From assembly GCA_964413615.1 (NCBI GenBank), contig CAYPSL010000004.1, positions 1-35,448 on the forward strand: a DNA stretch of 35,448 nucleotides, given 5' to 3'. Made by a program: the position numbers and the translations under genes. The notes beneath the pieces were generated by a model. It made no database searches. It saw nothing but the letters and a program-made list of their open reading frames with translations, and was not told where the DNA came from. This stretch comes from an uncultured Candidatus Saccharibacteria bacterium. Its GTDB lineage: Bacteria > Patescibacteriota > Andersenbacteria > UBA10190. Of this stretch, positions 23,801-27,963 are shown piece after piece; positions within the stretch are counted from its first letter, which is position 1, and each line of letters opens with the position of its first letter.

Positions 23801-26655
23801 CGATAAATGGAGTAGGGATTACGGTTACGCTCGGGGCTACTTTGAACGTGAGCAATAACCTTACGATTACTGCGGGTACGTTGGATGTATCTGCATCAAA
23901 CTATGCAATGAACATTGGTGGTAATTTCAGTAATGCAGGAACGCTTACTTCGCGATCTGGAACGACAACCTTTAATGGAACGAACCAAACTATTTTAGGG
24001 TCAGTAACATTTTATAATTTTGTAAAAACTGTCGTATCCGCTGCAACATTAACATTTGAGGCGGGATCAACGCAGACAATAAACGGAACGCTTACGCTGC
24101 AGGGCGCAGTTGGGCAACTATTAAGCTTAGTTTCTTCTGTTACGAATTCCGTATGGCATATTAACCCGATATCTTCACGAGTTGTTTCGTATTTGAATGT
24201 AAAAGACTCAACGAATGATGATGCGACAGAGATTGATTGTACGAATAACTGTACCGATTCGTTGAATAACACCAGGTGGTTATTCTCTATTCCTGATACT
24301 ACTGATCCTACGGTTTCCACATTTAGCCCAGCAGACAATGCAACGGGAGTATCTCAAACGGCAAATCTTGTAATTACGTTTGATGAATCAGTAACTGCTG
24401 TGGCTGCCAAGAACTTAACAATCAAAAAAACATCTGATAATTCCACCGTAGAAACAATAGCTGTAACGGGAGGCCTTGTGTCGGGAAGCGGAAGTGCGAC
24501 AATTACCGTAAACCCATCAACTACTCTTGATTTAAGTACTGAGTACTACATTCTTATTGATTCCGGTGCGTTCATTGATGGAGCTTCCAATGAATACGCG
24601 GGAATTGCGAGCACTACTACATGGAACTTTACTACTGCTGCATCTGATTCTACTGCCCCAACAGTTATAACTCTTGATCCAGAAGATGGTGAGACGGGCG
24701 TATCTCCGACAGCAAATCTTGTTATTACGTTTAGTGAAAATGTAAGCGCAGTTTCTGGCAAGAATATATACATTAAGAAGAATTCGGATGATTCTACGGT
24801 AGAAACTATCGCTGCGGACGCTTCGAAAGTAACAATAAGCGGAGACGAAGTAACTATTAATCCCGGAATTACACTTGACGATACTACTGCGTATTATGTG
24901 CTTATTGATTCCGGCGCGTTTATTGATGGAGCTAGCAATGCATATACCGGAATGAATTCTGATGAGAATTGGAATTTTACAACAGCGGATACAACAGCTC
25001 CTACTCTTTCTAGTGTGAATCCGGCTGATAACTCAACAGGAGTATCTGTAACCACGAACCTTGTACTTACATTTAATGAGGCAGTGACAAGGGTTTCGGG
25101 AAAATACGTTACGATTAGGAAGACTTCTGATAACAGTCTTGTTGAAGCAATCTTGGTAACGGGCAGTAATGTGTCAGGAAATGGAACTTCTATTATTACT
25201 TTGAACCCTGCTGTAACGCTTGATCAGAATGAAGGGTACTACATTACTATTAATTCCGGCGCGTTTATAGATGCTGCAAGTAACGAATACGCAGGGGTAT
25301 CTAGTGCAACTGCTTGGAATTTTACAACAGCGGATACAACTCCCACTCCAACTCCTGATCCAAGCGCAACGCCGACTCCTGGCCCTACGAGCGACCCCAC
25401 TCCAACACCTGATCCAACTCCGACAATCACCCCATGCTCATTCTGGGACATCTTGTGCTCAACTCCCACTCCAACTCCTGATCCAAGCGCAACGCCGACT
25501 CCTATAGTTCTCACTACTACCCCTACGCCAACCCCGCCAGTTAGTGTTGAGCAGAGGGTCACAAGGTTTATTACTGGTCTTTCTGGATTGAGTAGGGAAG
25601 ATATCGTGAAGTTTGCTCAAGAGCAGGGACCTACTATTGCGGCAACTGCCGTTGGGGCAACAGTAGCTTCTAGTATTCCGCTTCTGGCAAATATTTTCCC
25701 GCAACTTGCAAATGTTCTTCAGTTCTTAGGAGCTGCGCTTTCGCTCCATCGCCGGAAGACTCGATGGGGAATTGTAGTTGATAGCGATCTTGGTCGGCCT
25801 ATTGCTCATGCGGTTGTGCAAGTATTTGATGCAAAGTTTCATCAATTAAAAGACACGCAAGTAACAAATGCTGATGGGCAATTTGGATTCCTTCTGCCTC
25901 CCGGGAAATATTATGTTGTGGTTAATCAGCCCGGGTTCGTTTTCCCTGCACGTAAAAAACCTCCAACTGTGCTTCATTCCGGGGAGCGTATTTACTTGGG
26001 GGAAGAATTTGAGTGTGATGCTCGCGATCCGAATAAAATCCCGCGACTTATTGTGCCTATGGATCGTGAAGAGAAAACTCCACTCGCAAATATGTTGATT
26101 TGGAGATATGTAGAAAGATTCCTCGCATTTGTAGACGGGCTCGGAATTGTTCTCCTTATTGTGGGCGCAACTATTAACACGTTCTTCCTACTAACTGTTC
26201 CTGGTTACCTTAATATTTTGTTCGAAATTATTTATCTGCTGTTGTTTAGCGTGAAGATGTACATTTTAGTTTCTCATCAGCAAGGCCTTGGCGATGTTGT
26301 GGATGCAAAAACAAAATTACCGATCGATCTTGCAATTATGAGGTTGTATAACGCAAAAACAAATCGAATTGTTCAAACAAGAGTAACGAATATTCATGGT
26401 AAATTCTTCGTATTAGTACCAAAGGGTATATACACCGCGTCTGTTTCTAAGCAAGGGTACAAAACGATTACACAAGAAAATCTTTCTATCTCTGGAAAGA
26501 AATCTCAAGCACTGGAACTTCATTTCAAGCTTGAACAAGAGGGTGCAAAAAAAGAAGAAGTAGTATTTCCGAATATTGAAGACACAGAAAACATCGCGGT
26601 ACTAAAAAATAATTCCAACGGAATACAACTTCCTGGCAAGAAAAATAAAATTTAA
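17881..26655 (+). CDS. giant (2,924 aa) secreted/surface protein
   Basis: Uninterrupted 8.8-kb ORF with a GTG start behind an SD. Signal peptide ...PEKALA|A (cleavage after 18018). Domain order: Gly-rich domain, two duplicated beta-helix arms, PATR repeats, 3 Ig-like (Big_5/SbsA-type) domains, PT linker, C-terminal TM/CarboxypepD_reg module. Sub-regions are listed separately. Confidence 0.93.
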   Translation: MPVIQFSRFFRGDAFRFGLARALPFTIIFTLVFSGLGLFYPEKALAATTTYNSGSGNFVVPAGVTSLQIEGWGAGGGGGSGETGAGSGDDGGGGGGGGYFIETAASVTPGQNVAYSVGAGGAGRALDSATNGGNGGATTVSTFSLTANGGTGGQAIDNGGAGGAGGTASGGDTNTTGSAGTSTAAGGNGGASPNGGAAQTTDGAAGNAPGGGGASSDESPGDSGAGAAGRVTFTYTASLSISGTVYSDEGSTTLGSKGIALSVNGAAASSTTTAAANGTYTLTGVTAVAGDVLTIYLDGETEDAVTVTVANGSDLTGINLYQDRLITRHDNSSSLTNTNLDTADNNADADITAIYGVSGGTLTLAADKHLYIPASNTYAPGGNISLSGNFTNAGTFTKGTGTVTFTKGSSTQTVNGGSSSFYNLTHSGAGTLQLATSTLTVSNALTNSAGILDLAGINLTTTGATISNTATIQLQGGETVTGFTNDTDSGTVNYNGTTSYASLAAGATYYNLTFNGSGGTWASAASTAVYGALTVTTGTYNANGQTTAVTGLTTVSGGTYSASTATQTLTGGLTISSGTFTASTGLVGITDNLLVSGGTFTGSSGTVDVLGNVTLSSGTLTAPSGTFTVAGNWSKSGGTFTPGTGTVTFNRATSMSTSATAPTSAATVTIPARGIFPGSVVPWTNPSNALAQDGVYATATINDSDDTEALWLRGFNFRVPSNATIVGVTAAVRRSGGSVVDDYLIQLIVNGVSTGDNKADTATSWDPLATVSYGGAADGWGASLTPALVKDSSNFGIAIAANGGSNGDNATASIDNATLDIAYTLASGDQTIDSGGSSFYNVTHSGAGTLQLSTSALTVTNNFVNSAGTYDANGLATTVTGLTTVSGGTYSASTATQTFTGGLTVSGGTLTGSSGAIDVDGDVTLSSGTLTAPSGTFTVAGNWAKSGGTFTPGTNTVTFDKGSSTQTLNSGSSSFYNVTHSGAGTLQLATSTLTITNALTNSGGIFDLAGVNLTTTGATISNTAIIRLQGGETLTGFTNDTDSGTVTYNGTSTYASLVAGNSYYNLTFDGSGGTWTLAATLDVNANLTITTGTLAAGSNAITLAGNWSNAASFTEGTGTVTFDGTGAQTLTGETFYNLTINNTAASPDDSTDVDSSAAVTVSNTLTVTDGQFQPTTASDFSAVTISTNGILKPDSGAAITVSGAWSNSGTFTANSGTVTLDGVTQTVTGATTFYNLSKTEATDNSTDETVTFTASTTYTITNTLTLNGRDTNDRINILSSSGGSRFTLDVTGAAQSGDYLDVTDSQASTNNITCTDCVNGGGNDDGEAAPHWIFITSSSIAGTVYSDEGTTPLGSMGIAVSVNGAAAAATTTSAGDGTYTLSNVAVAAGDILTIYLDGNTEKAVTVTAATGNNLTGINLYQDRLITRHDNSGSLTNANLETAETNADSDISSIYAVSGGTLTLAADKHLYIPASHTYAPGGDISLSGNFTNIGTYTTGTNTVTFTKGASTQTLRSGGSSFYNVTHSGAGTLQLSTSALTVTNNFVNSAGTYDANGLATTVTGLTTVSGGTYSASTATQTFTGGLTVSGGTLTGSSGAIDVDGDVTLSSGTLTAPSGTFTVAGNWAKSGGTFTPGTNTVTFDKGSSTQTLNSGSSSFYNVTHSGAGTLQLSTNALTVTNNFTSSAGTYDANGLATSVTATTTVTDSTYTGSTAAQTFSGTLSLTGATLTTTGAGSFILGSNVTGNSSATSSTISGSLDLGGSTRTFTIADGAATNDISISAVISNGGVTKAGAGKMVLSGTNTYTGATTVSAGILNIQNVNATGTTAGGVSVTSGAALEVQGGIAVGAEAITLNGTGISSGGALRNISGANSFSGTITLGSASSVAVDAGSLALSGVISGGSNSFTKTGPETLTLSNTATVGNFTISAGTVAAASNTINVGGTWSNSGTFTPSTSTLTLTGTSTFADTTSLYNLTINGVGITVTLGATLNVSNNLTITAGTLDVSASNYAMNIGGNFSNAGTLTSRSGTTTFNGTNQTILGSVTFYNFVKTVVSAATLTFEAGSTQTINGTLTLQGAVGQLLSLVSSVTNSVWHINPISSRVVSYLNVKDSTNDDATEIDCTNNCTDSLNNTRWLFSIPDTTDPTVSTFSPADNATGVSQTANLVITFDESVTAVAAKNLTIKKTSDNSTVETIAVTGGLVSGSGSATITVNPSTTLDLSTEYYILIDSGAFIDGASNEYAGIASTTTWNFTTAASDSTAPTVITLDPEDGETGVSPTANLVITFSENVSAVSGKNIYIKKNSDDSTVETIAADASKVTISGDEVTINPGITLDDTTAYYVLIDSGAFIDGASNAYTGMNSDENWNFTTADTTAPTLSSVNPADNSTGVSVTTNLVLTFNEAVTRVSGKYVTIRKTSDNSLVEAILVTGSNVSGNGTSIITLNPAVTLDQNEGYYITINSGAFIDAASNEYAGVSSATAWNFTTADTTPTPTPDPSATPTPGPTSDPTPTPDPTPTITPCSFWDILCSTPTPTPDPSATPTPIVLTTTPTPTPPVSVEQRVTRFITGLSGLSREDIVKFAQEQGPTIAATAVGATVASSIPLLANIFPQLANVLQFLGAALSLHRRKTRWGIVVDSDLGRPIAHAVVQVFDAKFHQLKDTQVTNADGQFGFLLPPGKYYVVVNQPGFVFPARKKPPTVLHSGERIYLGEEFECDARDPNKIPRLIVPMDREEKTPLANMLIWRYVERFLAFVDGLGIVLLIVGATINTFFLLTVPGYLNILFEIIYLLLFSVKMYILVSHQQGLGDVVDAKTKLPIDLAIMRLYNAKTNRIVQTRVTNIHGKFFVLVPKGIYTASVSKQGYKTITQENLSISGKKSQALELHFKLEQEGAKKEEVVFPNIEDTENIAVLKNNSNGIQLPGKKNKI
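18019..18591 (+). other. N-terminal glycine-rich domain of the giant protein
   Basis: TYNSGSGNFVVPAGVTSLQIEGWGAGGGGGSG...GGGGGGGGYF...PGQNVAYSVGAGGAG...GGNGG...GGTGG...GRVTFTY. It resembles the Y-x-G-x-F-x-VP-x-GV...WGAGGGG glycine-rich domains seen in phage-tail-fibre-like and other surface proteins. Confidence 0.6.
18598..19140 (+). repeat. module A, copy 1 (small beta-sandwich + first beta-helix rungs)
   Basis: SISGTVYSDEG...LTIYLDGETEDAVTVT...INLYQDRLITRHDN...LAADKHLYIPAS. The paralogous copy lies exactly 3,297 nt (1,099 codons) downstream and is roughly four-fifths identical at protein level by eye. Confidence 0.85.
19141..19443 (+). repeat. module B, copy 1
   Basis: FYNLTHSGAGTLQLATSTLTVSNALTNSAGILDLAGINLTTTGATISNTATIQLQGGETVTGFTNDTDSGTVNYNGT...YYNLTFNGSGGTW. 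The paralogue lies 1,662 nt (554 codons) downstream. Confidence 0.85.
19831..20394 (+). other. single-copy insertion domain between duplicated beta-helix modules
   Basis: ...VVPWTNPSNALAQDGVYATATINDSDDTEALWLRGFNFRVPSNATIVGVTAAVRRSG...YLIQLIVNGVSTGDNKA...SWDPLATVSYGGAADGWGASLTPALVKDSSNFGIAIAA...ASIDNATLDIAY. It has alternating beta-strand character, is not repeated elsewhere in the protein, and matches no family I recognise. Confidence 0.6.
20395..20844 (+). repeat. 450-bp direct repeat, copy 1 (identical to 22438-22887 on base-by-base reading)
   Basis: I compared the two copies line by line and found no mismatch from TTCTACAACGTCACTCAC... to ...GGTACGCTGCAGCTT. The antisense ORFs 20547-20762 and 22590-22805 in the supplied track are 100% identical. 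The offset is 2,043 nt, or 681 codons. Confidence 0.92.
20803..21105 (+). repeat. module B, copy 2
   Basis: FYNVTHSGAGTLQLATSTLTITNALTNSGGIFDLAGVNLTTTGATISNTAIIRLQGGETLTGFTNDTDSGTVTYNGT...YYNLTFDGSGGTW. Confidence 0.85.
21895..22437 (+). repeat. module A, copy 2
   Basis: SIAGTVYSDEG...LTIYLDGNTEKAVTVT...INLYQDRLITRHDN...LAADKHLYIPAS. In-frame paralogue of 18598-19140. Confidence 0.85.
22438..22887 (+). repeat. 450-bp direct repeat, copy 2
   Basis: Same as 20395-20844. A third, diverged copy of the core (with one extra 20-aa rung) lies at about 19523-19830. Confidence 0.92.
23100..23700 (+). other. autotransporter-associated beta-strand (PATR-type) repeat region
   Basis: NGGVTKAGAGKMVLSGTNTYTGATTVSAGILNIQN, GGALRNISGANSFSGTITLGS, SGGSNSFTKTGPETLTLSNTATVGNFTISAGTV. 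These match the G-x-L-x-K-x-G-x-G-x-L-x-L-x-G-x-N-x-YTG-x-T-x-V-x-x-G-x-L consensus of PATR repeats. Confidence 0.75.
24295..25335 (+). repeat. three tandem Ig-like domains (SbsA/Big_5-type), about 115 aa each
   Basis: The unit D(T/S)T(D/A)PTV..(F/L)(S/D)P.D..TGVS.TANLVITF.E.V......K.+.IKK.SD.S.VE.I...........+T+NP...L...T.YY+LIDSGAFIDGASN.Y.G......WNFTTA occurs three times, starting near 24295, 24643 and 24988. Confidence 0.85.
25338..25503 (+). repeat. Pro/Thr-rich linker containing two identical 43-bp direct repeats (25338-25380 and 25461-25503)
   Basis: AACTCCCACTCCAACTCCTGATCCAAGCGCAACGCCGACTCCT occurs twice, 123 nt apart, and encodes TPTPTPDPSATPTP. The copies flank the only Cys pair of the linker (C-SFWDIL-C). 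Confidence 0.85.
25546..26655 (+). other. C-terminal membrane module of the giant protein
   Basis: Layout: hydrophobic segment, CarboxypepD_reg-like domain, hydrophobic helices, second CarboxypepD_reg-like domain. Hydrophobic GPTIAATAVGATVASSIPLLANIF..VLQFLGAALSL then HRRKTR. Beta-sandwich 1: WGIVVDSDLGRPIAHAVVQVFD...TNADGQFGFLLPPGKYYVVVNQPGFVF. Helices: GLGIVLLIVGATINTFFLL and NILFEIIYLLLFSVKMYILV. Beta-sandwich 2: GDVVDAKTKLPIDLAIMRLYNAKTNRIVQTRVTNIHGKFFVLVPKGIYTASVSKQGYKT. It is collinear with and homologous to 34063-35047. Confidence 0.8.
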
Positions 26656-26784
26656 AAATTATTTTTCAAAAATTTATTTATTTTTTTATTTGTGCACAGC
26701 ATGAAATATTTTTCTTTGTGTTACACTAGAGTTTCAAGTTACGAATTGAACATTTAAAAAATTAAAATAACAAGGAGAATTCCA

Positions 26785-27540
26785 ATGGATGAAATGAGGG
26801 ATACGCATATTCCTCCATCCGGAGGAATATCTAACGATCAAATTGCTGTAGCAATTATGCTGTTGAATCAGAATGTTAAAGCTATTAAAGACCAGCTTTC
26901 TTCTCGGGACCATGTAGTATCTTCGGATCGGCCGAGAAAGTATTTCAAGAAAAAGATTGTAGCTCCGCCAACGACAAAGCTTTCCACTGTTTTTGTTTCT
27001 GATGATAGGGACCCGCACATTGGCAGCTCTGACGGAGTAAGCGTTCTTGAAGTAGAATTGGGCTTTGTGTGTTTTCATCGTCAAATGAAATTCAGACAAG
27101 TGCTTCATGCGTTTACGAGAGGGGTGCTTGTTCAGGGGAAGTCTCTTCAAATTCAGAACGGATGCGGGAGGGATCATCTTGAGGCTCTGCTTTTGCAAAA
27201 TCCAGAAATCGTAGAACAGTGCAGAGCGATTGTTTGCGTAGGAGAGTCTAAGACCTTAGCTGATGGCACCCTTCGCGTACCTTGTTTGGATTCGAAAGGA
27301 GCGTTCTTTTTTCCTGCAACGAATGTATGGTCTGAAGATGTGTGGTTTATGGGAATTGTGAGGCCGATTGTTCGATCAAGTGAAGAACATTCAGTTCCTC
27401 TTGAATTGCTTCATCTCTATGAACAGACATACGTTCCTTTTGCGCCGGATATAGAATCTCCCAAAACAGTTGTTCCTTGTAAGGTTGATACTGTCGTTGC
27501 TTGTGGCGATGATACGAAAACAACCGAAAACTTACCTTAA
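26785..27540 (+). CDS. hypothetical protein (no recognisable family)
   Basis: 251-aa ORF. AAGGAG at 26772-26777 lies 7 nt before the ATG. It is preceded by a 129-nt very AT-rich spacer and followed by an intrinsic terminator. Cys-rich, with no TM helix or signal peptide evident. Confidence 0.65.
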   Translation: MDEMRDTHIPPSGGISNDQIAVAIMLLNQNVKAIKDQLSSRDHVVSSDRPRKYFKKKIVAPPTTKLSTVFVSDDRDPHIGSSDGVSVLEVELGFVCFHRQMKFRQVLHAFTRGVLVQGKSLQIQNGCGRDHLEALLLQNPEIVEQCRAIVCVGESKTLADGTLRVPCLDSKGAFFFPATNVWSEDVWFMGIVRPIVRSSEEHSVPLELLHLYEQTYVPFAPDIESPKTVVPCKVDTVVACGDDTKTTENLP

Positions 27541-27541
27541 T

Positions 27542-27584
27542 CTCCCCCTTCGCTACGCGTGGCGTATTGAAAGGGGAGTTTTTT
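27542..27584 (+). terminator. rho-independent terminator
   Basis: CTCCCCCTT ... AAGGGGAG (27542-27578, one bulged C, inner CGC/GCG pairing), followed by TTTTTT (27579-27584). Confidence 0.75.
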
Positions 27585-27598
27585 CTTGTCAGAAAAAG

Positions 27599-27626
27599 TT
27601 GACATATTTATTGAAAAGAGTATTTT
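27599..27626 (+). promoter_or_regulatory. sigma70-type promoter (TTGACA-16 nt-TATTTT)
   Basis: Perfect -35 TTGACA at 27599-27604, 16-nt spacer, TATTTT at 27621-27626 (TTTAAT at 27624-27629 is an alternative). It lies in a non-coding gap directly after a terminator. Confidence 0.6.
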
Positions 27627-27718
27627 AATGTCAGTGTTCTTTGACAGATTTTAGGGAAAAGCGAAGCAGTGTGCTTTGTTTTACATATTTCAAACGGTAC
27701 GGAAAAGTAAGAGGTGTC

Positions 27719-27874
27719 ATGATGACTGGATTAATGCTAGCCGTGGAAGCTGTAAAAGCATTGGAGGTGGGGAGAAGGAAACGGCGTCGGCGACGTAAGA
27801 ATCAGGAGAGGTTTGAGTCCAGTTTGGTGTTAATGGGACTCAAGAAGCCTCGCAAGTCGACCCTGCTCTCGTAA
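27719..27874 (+). CDS. candidate 51-aa arginine-rich microprotein (alternatively part of a non-coding RNA)
   Basis: AAGAGG at 27709-27714 lies 4 nt before ATGATG 27719. Product: MMTGLMLAVEAVKALEVGRRKRRRRRKNQERFESSLVLMGLKKPRKSTLLS. The track's TTG start at 27641 is unsupported. No homologue recognised. Confidence 0.35.
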   Translation: MMTGLMLAVEAVKALEVGRRKRRRRRKNQERFESSLVLMGLKKPRKSTLLS

Positions 27875-27907
27875 CACTGCTAAGGGCATGTTCTTTTTTG
27901 AGCACAT

Positions 27908-27947
27908 GAGCCATGTACAGAATTATCTGTCATGGCTCTCTTTTTTT
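27908..27947 (+). terminator. rho-independent terminator
   Basis: GAGCCATG(T)ACAG-aattat-CTGTCATGGCTC forms a 12-bp stem with one bulge (27908-27938), followed by TCTTTTTTT (27939-27947). It lies inside the track's N-terminal extension of rarA (27913) and therefore argues against that start. Confidence 0.85.
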
Positions 27948-27950
27948 ATG

Positions 27951-27956
27951 TATACT
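27951..27956 (+). promoter_or_regulatory. -10-like hexamer TATACT, 7 nt upstream of the rarA ATG
   Basis: TATACT at 27951-27956, then 7 nt (taaattt), then ATG 27964, with no SD. Confidence 0.4.
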
Positions 27957-27963
27957 TAAATTT

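Noticed and set aside
26734-27198. 154-aa minus-strand ORF overlapping the 251-aa + strand hypothetical gene
   Set aside because: It has no SD and no terminator. It would run into the AT-rich spacer. The + strand ORF has a textbook AAGGAG-N7-ATG and its own terminator.
27641-27718. TTG-initiated 77-aa version of the small ORF
   Set aside because: No SD precedes the TTG. An AAGAGG-ATG pair lies in-frame at 27709/27719. The upstream part is more plausibly a 5' leader.
27808-27845. GGTTTGAGTCC, which resembles a tRNA/tmRNA T-arm (GGTTCGAGTCC)
   Set aside because: No acceptor stem, D-arm or anticodon arm can be drawn around it. The T-loop consensus TTCGA is broken. The segment instead forms an 8-bp hairpin with a 15-nt loop inside the candidate small ORF.
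27913-27963. N-terminal extension of rarA given in the ORF track (start at 27913, MYRIICHGSLFLCILKF...)
   Set aside because: The extra 17 codons are the left arm, loop and right arm of a strong terminator hairpin plus its T-tract. The canonical RarA N-terminus begins at ATG 27964, which is preceded by TATACT.
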